Assembly (NCBI GenBank): GCA_963749145.1
Contig: CAVVLN010000002.1
Location: forward strand, 272,952 to 336,951
Length of the DNA: 64,000 nucleotides
Origin: an uncultured Actinomycetota bacterium
Lineage (GTDB): Bacteria; Actinomycetota; Actinomycetes; Streptosporangiales; Streptosporangiaceae
Reading direction: 5' to 3'
Shown: positions 8,317 to 17,446 of the stretch, piece by piece
How positions within the stretch are numbered: position 1 is the first letter of the stretch
Layout: each line of letters begins with the position of its first letter
The notes under the pieces: model-generated
Databases searched by the model: none
What the model saw: the letters and a program-made list of their open reading frames with translations, nothing else
Told to the model about the DNA's origin: nothing
Position numbers and translations under genes: made by a program

Positions 8317-9437
8317 CGGCCGGCGGCGGTCCCGCCGGCGGTCCCGGCGGCGGGACTGATGACCCGCCGGTAGAGCTGCTCATGAGCGTCCAGGCTCCGT
8401 TCCAGGTCGAGATGGCGTTCGGCGTGGCCGCGGCAGGCCGCCCGCGAGACGCCGGTGGCCTTCCGGACGCTATCAGCGGCGGCCGCCGCGTCGTCAGGCG
8501 CAACCAGGAAGCCGGTCACGCCATCGGTGACGATCTCGCCGAGCCCGCCGCGGCGGAACGCGACCACCGGAGTCCCGCAGGCCAGCGCCTCGGCGGCGGC
8601 CATGCCGAACGGCTCGTCCCAGCGCGCCGGGCAGAGCACCACCGCCGCGCGGGACATCGCCGCCCACAGCGAGGTCCGGGCCACGGCCCGGTGCACCCGC
8701 ACGCCGGGCCACCCGCGCCGCGGGCCGATCTGCTCGCGGGCGTAGTCCGCGTCGTAGGCGTCGCCGTACACGTCGATCGCGATCCCGGCCGCCCGGGCGA
8801 TGTCGATGGCCTCGGCGGCTCCCTTCTCGGGGCTCAGCCGGCCGGCGAAGACGGCGCCAGCCCCGGCGGCCGCCGACCAGGGGATGACCCGCGTCGGCAC
8901 GTAGGGCGGCAGGATCGCGTCCACCGGGACGACCCGGCTCCAGGCCCTGGCCTGGAAGGCGGACACGCCGGCCACGGCCAGCGGCCGGCCCCCGCCGCCC
9001 TCCCCGTCACCCTTCATCGCGGCGCGGAGCGCGGCCGCGATGGCCGGCTCCGGCGGCAGGTGCAGCGTGTGCACCACGGGCACGTCCAGCGAGCCGGCCA
9101 GTTCGATGGCCGGGGCGTCGAAGGCGTGATTGTGGACCACGTCGTACCGGGTTTCGCCGACCCTGGCGTAGGCGCCGGCGAAGGCGCGCGCGGCGGCGGA
9201 CGGGTCGGGGGCCGCCGGGCCGGAAGCCCGGTACAGCGTGGCCAGCAGGGACCGGGGGTCGACCCCGGTGTCGATCACCGTGACCCCGGGTATCTGGGAT
9301 CCGGTGGCCGCGTAGACGTGGACCTCGTGACCCCGCCCGGCCAGCCCGCGCGCGAGATCCGAGACGAACGCCTGCGACCCGCCGCCCTGCGGCTCACGGA
9401 TGGCCGACACCAGCGGAGCGACGAGCGCGACCTTCAT
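8313..9437 (-). CDS. Glycosyltransferase family 4 (GT-B, group 1)
   Basis: N-terminus MKVALVAPLVSAIREPQGGGSQAFVSDLARGLAGRGHEV. The C-terminal E-x7-E region reads DEPFGMAAAEALACGTPVVA. It overlaps both neighbouring genes by ATGA. Confidence 0.9.
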   Translation of the reverse strand: MKVALVAPLVSAIREPQGGGSQAFVSDLARGLAGRGHEVHVYAATGSQIPGVTVIDTGVDPRSLLATLYRASGPAAPDPSAAARAFAGAYARVGETRYDVVHNHAFDAPAIELAGSLDVPVVHTLHLPPEPAIAAALRAAMKGDGEGGGGRPLAVAGVSAFQARAWSRVVPVDAILPPYVPTRVIPWSAAAGAGAVFAGRLSPEKGAAEAIDIARAAGIAIDVYGDAYDADYAREQIGPRRGWPGVRVHRAVARTSLWAAMSRAAVVLCPARWDEPFGMAAAEALACGTPVVAFRRGGLGEIVTDGVTGFLVAPDDAAAAADSVRKATGVSRAACRGHAERHLDLERSLDAHEQLYRRVISPAAGTAGGTAAGR

Positions 9438-10219
9438 CCGGCCATTTTCTTGAACGCTACGTCTCGGGGCGGGTTGATCCCCAGTAGCTCATACGGGACC
9501 CGGGGACTGCCCCGGCGCCGGATCTGGCGGACCGCGTGCGGATAGAAGATCTCGGCCAGCTCGACCGCCTCGCCCGGGCTCGCGAAGTCGACCGTCATCG
9601 GCCCGGCGAAGCTCAGGTACTCGTAGCCGTGGGCGGCGAGCCAGCCGATGTGGTTCGGCCAGATGATGGCGACGCAGCCGCCGGGCCGGCAGGCCCGCTC
9701 CATCTCCGCCAGGCCGGCCTCGCCGCCATGTCCCGCGGCGGGCGTGAGTACCGAGCACGCGACGACCAGGTCGGCCCGACCGCTGGCGACGGGCAGGTCA
9801 TCGAAGAACCCGGGAACCACTCGCACGCGGTCGGCCCGGCCGGCCCGGGCGAGCTTGCGTTGCAGAATCTGCCGGAATGGCGCTACCGGCTCGATCGCCA
9901 CGACCTCCCGGCCCCGGCCGGCGAGCTCCAGCGTCAGCCGTCCCGTGCCGGCCCCCACCTCGACGATCCGGTCCGCGGCGGCGGGCAGCCAGCGCAGGAT
10001 GCCGGGATGGAGGTGCTCGGCGGTGACCAGCCGGTCATAGAGCCCGGGCTCCAGCCGGTACAGCAGCTCCCAGGCCAGGGGGATGTCGGCCCGCGGATCG
10101 CCGCCCCCCTCGGGCAGGAAGCGGCTGGCCTCGTCCCGGGTGAGCACGGCCAGGTCCGCGGGCGTGTAGCGCCGGCGCAGGTCCCGGCCCGGCCGGGCCG
10201 CACGCTCAGACGTGATCAC
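9434..10219 (-). CDS. Class I SAM-dependent methyltransferase
   Basis: Motif I is IVEVGAGTGRLTLELA, with a later LRPGG-like CRPGGCVAI. The longest ORF (to 10360) overlaps the upstream gene. A GTG at 10219 overlapping the upstream stop is the more plausible start. Confidence 0.8.
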   Translation of the reverse strand: MITSERAARPGRDLRRRYTPADLAVLTRDEASRFLPEGGGDPRADIPLAWELLYRLEPGLYDRLVTAEHLHPGILRWLPAAADRIVEVGAGTGRLTLELAGRGREVVAIEPVAPFRQILQRKLARAGRADRVRVVPGFFDDLPVASGRADLVVACSVLTPAAGHGGEAGLAEMERACRPGGCVAIIWPNHIGWLAAHGYEYLSFAGPMTVDFASPGEAVELAEIFYPHAVRQIRRRGSPRVPYELLGINPPRDVAFKKMAG

Positions 10220-10625
10220 CGACCTCGGCCCAGTTCTTGTCGGTCTCGCAGACCCGGACTGACCGCAGCAGGCCCGCGGGCAGCTCGGGCTGGAGCCTTT
10301 CCCAGAAGGCCAGGGCGAGGTTCTCGGCCGTCGGGATGCGCCCGGCCAGCCACGGCACATCGGTATTCAGATTGCGATGATCGACATCCTGGATGATCTG
10401 CTGGCACATGACCGTCGACAGGCGCTTCAGGTCCCAGACATAGCCGGTGGCCTTATCGATCTTGCCGGCCACGACGACGTCCACGGCGTAGTTGTGGCCA
10501 TGCAGGTTCACGCATTTCCCGAACAACCGCCGGTTCTCGTCGTCGGACAGGGCGGGGTCACGCAGCTGGTGCGCGGCATTGAACGATTCGCGGCGGCTGA
10601 CCAGCACGGTCAGCGGGCTGCTCAT
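10206..10625 (-). CDS. 6-pyruvoyl-tetrahydropterin synthase family (PTPS/QueD superfamily; closest in look to true PTPS)
   Basis: 139 aa. Blocks SFNAAHQL, LSDDENRRLFGKCVNLHGHNY, DHRNLNTDVPW, TAENLALAFWERL and VRVCETDKNWAEV match the animal/cyanobacterial PTPS pattern block for block. Confidence 0.9.
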   Translation of the reverse strand: MSSPLTVLVSRRESFNAAHQLRDPALSDDENRRLFGKCVNLHGHNYAVDVVVAGKIDKATGYVWDLKRLSTVMCQQIIQDVDHRNLNTDVPWLAGRIPTAENLALAFWERLQPELPAGLLRSVRVCETDKNWAEVGDHV

Positions 10626-10711
10626 GGCCTGCTCCCCTCCTCGGCTACCACTCTACGACCCGGCGATCTCCAGCACCGGGGACGGACAGCCGCCGCGCGG
10701 CGTCCTACGCT

Positions 10712-13504
10712 TTGCTCGTGGAGACCCTCACGTTCCTGTTTACCGACATCGAGGGCTCGACCATCCTGCTGCGGCGCCTGGGCCAGGACACCTACGCCCG
10801 CGCCCTCGCCGACCACAACTCGATCATCCGGTCGGCTCTCGCCGCCCACGACGGTGAGGAACTGAACGTCGTGGGCGACGGGTTCTTCGCCGTGTTCCCC
10901 TCGCCCAGGGTCTGCGTGAGCGCGGTGCTGGAGATGCAGCGCGCCCTGGAGACGTACGCCTGGCCCGCCGGGGAGCAGGTCCGGGTGCGGATGGGGGTGC
11001 ATACCGGCGAGGCCGCGGAGACGGACGCCGGCCTGGTGGGCCTGGACGTCAATCGCGCCGCCCGGGTGGCGGAGGTCGCGCACGGCGGCCAGATCCTGCT
11101 CTCGGAGGCGGCGGCCGCCCTGGTGGTTGACTCGCTTCCGCCCGGCGCGGCGCTCACCGACCTGGGCATCCACCGGCTGAAGGACCTGGGGCGGCCGGAA
11201 CGGATCTTCCAGCTGCAGGCCCCGGGCCTGCAGGCCGATTTCCCCCCGCTGCGCTCGCTGGCCAACCCGGCGCTGCCGAACAACCTCCCGGCCCAGCTGG
11301 CCACGTTCGTCGGCCGTGAGCAGGAGCTGTCCGACGTCCGGGCACTGGTCGACTCCAACCGCCTGGTCACCCTGACCGGGGCCGGGGGAGCAGGCAAGAC
11401 CCGGCTGAGCCTGCAGGTGGCCGCCGGGCTGCTCGACCGGTGCGGTGACGGGGTATGGCTGGTGGAGCTGGCCGCGGTCACCGACGAGGACGCGGTGGCG
11501 CCGGCCATGGCCGCGGCCCTGGGGATCGCCGGGCAGCCGGGCCGGCCGGTGCTGGACGTGCTGCTCGATGCCCTCGCGCCCCAGGATGCCGTGATCGTGC
11601 TCGACAACTGCGAGCACCTGATCGGCGCCTGCGCCAAGACGGCCGATGCCATCCTGCGGCGCTGCCCGCGGGTGCGCCTCATCGCCACCAGCCGGGAGCC
11701 GCTCGGCATCGGCGGAGAGATCATTTACCGGGTGCCGTCGCTGTCGCTGCCCGGACCCGGCGACTCCGGCACCCCGGGCGTGCTCGAGTCGTCGGACGCG
11801 GTGGCGCTGCTGCTGGAGCGGGCCCGGCAGCAGGGCGTCGAGCTGGCCCTGGACGAGCAGACCGCCCCGCTGGTGGTGTCGATCTGCCGGCAGCTGGACG
11901 GGATGCCGCTGGCCATCGAGCTCGCCGCCGCCCGGCTGCGCACGCTGTCGCTCAGCAGTCTGCGCGACCGCCTCGACCAGCGCTTCCGCCTGCTCACCGG
12001 GGGAAGCCGCACGGTCCTGGAGCGGCAGCAGACCCTGCAGGCGACGGTCGACTGGTCGTATTCGCTGCTCAACGGGGCCGAGCGGCTGCTGCTCCGGCGG
12101 CTGTCGGTGTTCGCCGAGAGCTTCGACCTGGACGCCGCCGAGGCGGTGTGCGGCTTCGGCGAGATCGAGCCGGACGAGGTCACCGGCCTGCTCGGCTCGC
12201 TGGTGGACAAGAGCCTCGTCCAGTCGGAGCCGGCCGGGGGAGCCGTCCGTTACCGGCTGCTCGAGACCATCCGCGAGTTCGCCGCGGACCGGCTCACCGG
12301 GGCCGGTGACGGTGCGGCCGGCGACGGTGCCGCCGGCGACGGTGAGGCCGCCGCCCTGGCCGCGGCGCACGGCGAGCATTTTCTCCGGGTGGCCGAGGCC
12401 GCGGCCCCTCATCTGACCGCGCCGGACCAGGGCAGCTGGTTCGCCCGGCTGGACGCCGATCAGCCGAACCTGCGGCGCGCGGCCGACCACGCGGCCGGCC
12501 AACCGGACGGGACGGCGCGGGTGCTGCGCTTCGGCGTCGCCCTGCTGCGCCACTGGTCGGCGCGCTCCCGCGACGCCGAGGCCCTCGCGCTGCTCGGGCC
12601 GGCGCTGCGCCGGCCCGACGCTCGCGCCGATCCCCGGCTGCTGGCCGCGGCGCTGGTCGCCGCCACCTTCGTCGCCCACTCGATCGACAATGAGACCGCG
12701 CGGCAACTCGGGGAACAGGCCGTGGCGCTCGCTCGCCAGCTCGGCGACGACCGGCTGCTCGTCGAATCCCTCACGGCGCACGGCGCCACCTATTACCTCG
12801 CCGGCCAGCTCGAGACAGCACTTGCGCTCGGGCAGGAGGCCGTCGAGCGCGCCCGGCAGCTTGACGACGACGTCCTGCTGGGCGGCAGCCTCATGGTGTT
12901 CCTGATGTCCTGCTATCGCGTCGACCCCGCCCGGTCCGGGCCGCTGTTCACCGAGGCCGTCGCCTGCACCAGGCGGTCCGGCGACCAGTTCATCGCCTAT
13001 CACCTGTACAACAACGAGGGCGTGCACGCGCTGTACGCGGGGGACATCCCGGCCGCGCGGGCGCACCTGGAGGCGGCCGTGCGAGCCGGTCAGGCGATCG
13101 GCGGGAAAGGCCACCCGGTATTGTCGGTCAACCTGGGCTGGGTGCTGCGCCAGGAGAGCGATCAGGCCGCGGCGCGGTCGACGTTCGAGTCGGCCCTGCG
13201 GATAAGCCGCCGGACCGGGCAGCGCATGGGCATCGCCTACGCCAACCTCGGCCTGGCGTGCCTCGCCGCCGATCTGGGCGACTGGCACCGGGCCGCCATG
13301 CTTCACGGCGTCGCGCAGGCCTCGATCGACCGGATCGGGGAACCGTGGCAGGAACCCGAGGCGCACTACCGCCGCGACAGCCTCCGCCAGGTGCGCGCAC
13401 AGCTCGGGGATGAGCAGTTCGAGCCCGCCTACGCCCAGGGCATGGCGCTCAGCCCCGACGACGCCCTCGACCTGGCCCTCGGACGGGTCGGCCTCAGCTC
13501 GTGA
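10712..13504 (+). CDS. Class III adenylate/guanylate cyclase fused to AAA/NB-ARC-type ATPase and TPR-like repeats
   Basis: Cyclase domain: LTFLFTDIEGST, GDGFFAVF, RVRMGVHTGE, VNRAARV. Walker A: LTGAGGAGKTRL. A long helical-repeat C-terminus follows. TTG/GTG start at 10712/10718. Confidence 0.9.
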   Translation: MLVETLTFLFTDIEGSTILLRRLGQDTYARALADHNSIIRSALAAHDGEELNVVGDGFFAVFPSPRVCVSAVLEMQRALETYAWPAGEQVRVRMGVHTGEAAETDAGLVGLDVNRAARVAEVAHGGQILLSEAAAALVVDSLPPGAALTDLGIHRLKDLGRPERIFQLQAPGLQADFPPLRSLANPALPNNLPAQLATFVGREQELSDVRALVDSNRLVTLTGAGGAGKTRLSLQVAAGLLDRCGDGVWLVELAAVTDEDAVAPAMAAALGIAGQPGRPVLDVLLDALAPQDAVIVLDNCEHLIGACAKTADAILRRCPRVRLIATSREPLGIGGEIIYRVPSLSLPGPGDSGTPGVLESSDAVALLLERARQQGVELALDEQTAPLVVSICRQLDGMPLAIELAAARLRTLSLSSLRDRLDQRFRLLTGGSRTVLERQQTLQATVDWSYSLLNGAERLLLRRLSVFAESFDLDAAEAVCGFGEIEPDEVTGLLGSLVDKSLVQSEPAGGAVRYRLLETIREFAADRLTGAGDGAAGDGAAGDGEAAALAAAHGEHFLRVAEAAAPHLTAPDQGSWFARLDADQPNLRRAADHAAGQPDGTARVLRFGVALLRHWSARSRDAEALALLGPALRRPDARADPRLLAAALVAATFVAHSIDNETARQLGEQAVALARQLGDDRLLVESLTAHGATYYLAGQLETALALGQEAVERARQLDDDVLLGGSLMVFLMSCYRVDPARSGPLFTEAVACTRRSGDQFIAYHLYNNEGVHALYAGDIPAARAHLEAAVRAGQAIGGKGHPVLSVNLGWVLRQESDQAAARSTFESALRISRRTGQRMGIAYANLGLACLAADLGDWHRAAMLHGVAQASIDRIGEPWQEPEAHYRRDSLRQVRAQLGDEQFEPAYAQGMALSPDDALDLALGRVGLSS

Positions 13505-14091
13505 CGGCGACGTGAGCTGGCGCGGCTCCACGGTCTCGACCACCACACGCCCCTCCTTGTCGAGCGGAAGCGTCCGCGTCAGGCAGAGGACACTCCACTG
13601 GCCAGGCCCGCTCATTACCGGGTGAAGAAGGGACGGATCTCCCGCGCGACGATCTCGGGCCTGCCGCCGCCGGGTTGGTGCCGCTGGGTCGCTGGAGCCG
13701 CCGTGGTCCAGGCCCGGGAACTCAGCGCGCCGGCTGTCTTCTGTCACAACCTGTGACGTTACTGGAGCCTCAAGTGTCGGCAGAGCTGATCCGACTGGTC
13801 ACAGTCGGCTTCGACTCGACCCGCGGATCAGAGGCCAGCAAGACCCACCCGACAGCGGTCCTCTGGATGTCCGCTCGGACAGCATTCGGGAAAGACTGAC
13901 ACTAACTTACAGTGGCTGTGTACTCTCTACGAGTGACTGTTACAGATGCTCGCACTGCGTCGCGGAGTCGCCTGTGTGGGCAAGGATTCCAGAATGCAGA
14001 TCTGGGCTCCGCTTGGGTCACAGGCCTTAGGGCCGCCCGCGGCATTCGTCCCGTATCGGCACCGCACTACGCTGGATCGGACGCCGGATAG

Positions 14092-15191
14092 ATGCTCGAA
14101 ACCGGCAACAAGGCGTTCCTGGCGGGGTGCGTGGCGCACGACGCCACTGAACGAGTGCTTCTGCTCACCCCTTCTCGGGGGCTTGGCGGCGGGATCGAGC
14201 GCTACGCGGGGACTCTTCAGTCGGCGTTCGCCACGCAAGGAATCGAGTGTCGCCGTATTGACCTTCAAGGCTCGGGCGTTGCGGCCCATTCGCGGCTGTT
14301 AGGCCAATCCCGTGCCGCGCTGCGGGGGACTCGAGAGTAGTCCGCCTGGTTGTGCTGCACGTGGCCCTTCTGCCGACGGCCTGGCTGGTCGCCAGAGAGC
14401 GAGTTGTGTCAGGCGTTTCGGTGCTTTGCCATGGAGCGGACGTATGGTCCACTCGGCGTCCCGTGCGTCGGCGAGCCGAGCACTATTTCCTGCGGAGACC
14501 TGGTGTGCGGGTACTTGCCATGAGTAGCTTTACGGCGGGCGCCCTCTGCGGAACCAGCCCGGCGTCCGTCCTGCCGTCGGGCATGTCCAAAGAGTGGTTT
14601 GACACGCTTGTCAGAGCCTCCGCCACCGGTCGGGACCGGCGGCCGGGAGTCAACATCGTCACCGCGTTTCGTCTGAACGCGTGGCGGGAGAAGGGACTGC
14701 CCGAGCTGATGGGTGCCGTTGCCGCGCTGCGCCGGTCCGATATCCACCTGACCGTCTGCGGCACGGGAGAGGCGCCATCGGAGTTGCATCGGGCGGCGCA
14801 GAAACACTCATGGTGTACCTTGCGGCCTGGACTCACCGACTGCGAACTCGCCGGCGAACTGGCGGCGGCGAATCTATTCGTGCTAGCCACCAGGACCAGG
14901 GCTGGCCGGCGAGCGTCGGGCGAAGGTTTCGGTGTTTCCCTCTTGGAAGCTCAGGTGGCCGGGATCCCGGTCGTAGGACCCGCATATGGCGGCTCGCCTG
15001 ACGCGTACATCGACAGAGTCACGGGAGTCGCGCCGCTGGACGAGAGCGTCGCCGCCCTAGCGAAGACCCTCGACAGCCTGCTGAGCGAGCCCCATCGTTT
15101 GGAGCGGATGGGCAGGCGCGCCGCCGAGTGGGCTCGTGAATGCTTCGCCCCTGAGCGCTATGCGCAGCTTGTGGTCGCGAAATTCCTCTGA
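14092..15191 (+). pseudogene. GT4 glycosyltransferase disrupted by a frameshift (or by a sequencing indel)
   Basis: The N-terminal part (14092-14337, VLLLTPSRGLGGGIERYAGTLQSAF) and the C-terminal part (14352-15191, EGFGVSLLEAQVAGIPVVG) are in different frames. The C-terminal frame is open back to about 14283 (SRVVRLVVLHVALLP). The switch coincides with the GGGGG run at 14324-14328. Confidence 0.75.
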
Positions 15192-15265
15192 CTCCAAATC
15201 AGAGCGTGTGCTAGGCAACATGAGCGGCTGTTCGCGTTCATGCTAGTGGTACGCCGATAGCGGCC

Positions 15266-15820
15266 TCACCCTGTGGCAGTGACGGTCCACAGGATGAGAC
15301 CGACGGCGGCAAGGAGATCGTCGACCACGGCGTCAGCATCAACACCTGCTTTGCCGTCGGCCCGGATTAGGACGGTCGCAGTGCCCGCCGAGCGGCCTGC
15401 CATGATGTCATCCTCGCTGTCACCAACGATGATTGCCGTCTCCAGTTCGAATCCATGCTCACGCGCCGCGCGCCGCAGCATGCCGGAGCCGGGCTTGCGG
15501 CAGTCACAGGTGGCTAACGCATGGGGGCAGTGGTAGGCCGCGTCGAGCCAGGCGCCTTCAACTGCCAGGAGCTGCGTGAGGCGGGCGTGGACGGCGTTAT
15601 AGCGCGCAGCATTCCCTGGTGACCTGGATAACCAGCGTTGGTTGGTAACCAGGACAGTCCGCAGGCGGGCCGCATTGAGCGCGGCCACTGCCTGGGCCGC
15701 GCCTGGCAAGAGCACCAGGTCAGCGGGTGAGGTAACGTAATCGCCTTCGGCGGCCTTGACATTAATCGTTCCGTCTCGGTCGAGGAATATGGTGCTTATG
15801 CCAGGCTGGAGCGCGGACAC
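15266..15820 (-). CDS. gmhB: D-glycero-D-manno-heptose 1,7-bisphosphate phosphatase (HAD-IIIA)
   Basis: HAD motif I is FLDRDGTIN. The family-specific motif CDCRKPGSGML and motif IVGDSEDD are present. 184 aa. Confidence 0.85.
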   Translation of the reverse strand: MSALQPGISTIFLDRDGTINVKAAEGDYVTSPADLVLLPGAAQAVAALNAARLRTVLVTNQRWLSRSPGNAARYNAVHARLTQLLAVEGAWLDAAYHCPHALATCDCRKPGSGMLRRAAREHGFELETAIIVGDSEDDIMAGRSAGTATVLIRADGKAGVDADAVVDDLLAAVGLILWTVTATG

Positions 15821-15824
15821 GGGT

Positions 15825-16442
15825 TCAGGACTCTTTCACGAACAGCGCTGCCTCCACCATCTCGCAAATCGTGTGGCCTAAGTGCATACACGCCTCCTGA
15901 ACCCGGCCGGTGTCGTCGCTGGGAACCCGGATACAGATCTGGGCAACGGTCGCTGCCTTCCCGCCACATGCACCCGTCAGCGCGACTGTGGTGATCCCGG
16001 CCCGTCTTGCCGCTTCAAGCCCGCGGACAACGTTGACTGAGTTGCCTGACGTGGTAAGCCCGATCACGAGGTCTCCTGGCCGACCAGCGGCGAGTACCTG
16101 GCGGGCGAATACGTCATCGTAGGAGTAGTCGTTGCCGATCGCGGTCATCGCGGCTGTGGCGTCCGGAAGGCTGATTGCGGCTAGCCCGGGACGATCGAAA
16201 GCGAACCGGCCCATAAGCTCAGCGGCTAGGTGTCCGGCGTCCTGCGCGGACCCGCCGTTGCCGAAAAAGATCACCTTTCCGCCAGTGCGGAGGCACCTGA
16301 TCGTCAGTCGCGCGACCTCGACAACTAACACCGAGAACGGGCCTTCCACCATCTGCTGCTTGACAGCGATCGCCTCTGCCAGCCGCGCCCGCGCCAGCTC
16401 CGGACTTGGCGTCACCACGTCCGACTCGCTCACACCGGCCAT
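15825..16442 (-). CDS. gmhA: Phosphoheptose (sedoheptulose-7-phosphate) isomerase, SIS domain
   Basis: The inner ATG (complement of 16440-16442, MAGVSESD) overlaps the hddA stop by 13 nt. Motifs FFGNGGSAQDAGHLAAEL and TTSGNSVNV are present. The longer ORF to 16673 would overlap hddA. Confidence 0.85.
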   Translation of the reverse strand: MAGVSESDVVTPSPELARARLAEAIAVKQQMVEGPFSVLVVEVARLTIRCLRTGGKVIFFGNGGSAQDAGHLAAELMGRFAFDRPGLAAISLPDATAAMTAIGNDYSYDDVFARQVLAAGRPGDLVIGLTTSGNSVNVVRGLEAARRAGITTVALTGACGGKAATVAQICIRVPSDDTGRVQEACMHLGHTICEMVEAALFVKES

Positions 16443-17446
16443 GTCGTTAATCCCTTGGTGTCGAAGGCGATCTCCATGACGTCGGCGCCCGCGAATTCGA
16501 GGGCTTCTATTACGCGATGCTTCTTCGTAAAGTCGCAGAACAGCAAGATATAGCCGCCGCCACCGGCTCCAGTGACTTTGCCGCCCAGTGCGCCTTTGCT
16601 CAGAGCGAGCTCGTACAGTTCGTCGATGCGCGCGTTTGAAATCAGGGGCGACAAGCGTTTTTTCTGGCTCCACGCCTCGCCAAGCAGGGCGCCGAAGTCC
16701 TTTAATTCACCGGTTAGGAGCGCGGCCTTCATAGCGACTGCCAGCTCCTTCTGAGCCCGCAGTCCGGAGAGCGTGTCGTCCGTGGACGCGGTGGCCCGCC
16801 GGGTCTGGTCCTCGATCACTCGTGCAGAATCCCGCGTGATGCCGGTGAAGCAGAGCAGCAGACTGAGCTCGAGCTCAAGCATGATCTCATCGCGGATGCG
16901 GAGCGGGTTAACGATCACCCGGTCGGTGAACTCGATGAAATTGAAACCGCCAAACGTGGCCGCGTACAGATCCTGAAGACCGCCAGCGATGCCAAGGTCC
17001 TGACGCTCGATGGCGTGCGCCAGCTGAGCGGTCTGGTAGTCACCTAATGCCATCTTGTAGTGCCTGGCAAGCAGTCCCGTGAGAGCAACCATCATGGTCG
17101 ATGATGAGCCAAGCCCTGAGCCTGGCTGGACACTGGAACGCAGAACCAAGTCGTATCCGTCTGTGCCTTCGCTCCCGAACCTCCTCACAGCAGCCTTGAT
17201 GAGGTCCAGGCTGCCATCGCAGAGGATCTCGTTGTCGAGCGTCATCTGCGCAGTGGTCTTGAAGTCCACCGACTCAATCGTGACGACGCGATCGGTCCGA
17301 GGGACAAGGGAGCCGTATGCATAGCGGTCGATGGTCGCACATAGGACGCAGCCACCTTCGAGCGTGGGAAATGGTGGTACATCCGTGCCGCCTCCGGCAA
17401 ACGAAACTCGAAGCGGTGCTCGGGCTCGGATCGGTGGACGCGTCAT
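16430..17446 (-). CDS. hddA: GHMP-family D-glycero-alpha-D-manno-heptose 7-phosphate kinase
   Basis: N-terminus RAPLRVSFAGGGTD, GHMP motif PGSGLGSSS, and C-terminal GGKVTGAGGGG. 338 aa. It sits directly upstream of gmhA and gmhB. Confidence 0.8.
   Translation of the reverse strand: MTRPPIRARAPLRVSFAGGGTDVPPFPTLEGGCVLCATIDRYAYGSLVPRTDRVVTIESVDFKTTAQMTLDNEILCDGSLDLIKAAVRRFGSEGTDGYDLVLRSSVQPGSGLGSSSTMMVALTGLLARHYKMALGDYQTAQLAHAIERQDLGIAGGLQDLYAATFGGFNFIEFTDRVIVNPLRIRDEIMLELELSLLLCFTGITRDSARVIEDQTRRATASTDDTLSGLRAQKELAVAMKAALLTGELKDFGALLGEAWSQKKRLSPLISNARIDELYELALSKGALGGKVTGAGGGGYILLFCDFTKKHRVIEALEFAGADVMEIAFDTKGLTTWPV

Noticed and set aside
10206-10625. Annotating this gene simply as queD (queuosine pathway)
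   Set aside because: The sequence blocks resemble true PTPS more than E. coli-type QueD, and the operon partners are a methyltransferase, a GT and an SDR rather than queC/queE. A formal subfamily assignment still requires a search I cannot run.
12290-12345. Short GDGAA-coding 15-bp triplication inside the cyclase-ATPase gene
   Set aside because: This is only three imperfect units within an intact ORF linker, which is ordinary low-complexity sequence.
13505-14091. Possible tRNA or small RNA at the left border of the island
   Set aside because: I found no T-loop (GGTTCGAATCC-like) or cloverleaf-compatible pairing by eye here or elsewhere in the window. A tRNAscan or Infernal run would be needed to exclude small RNAs.
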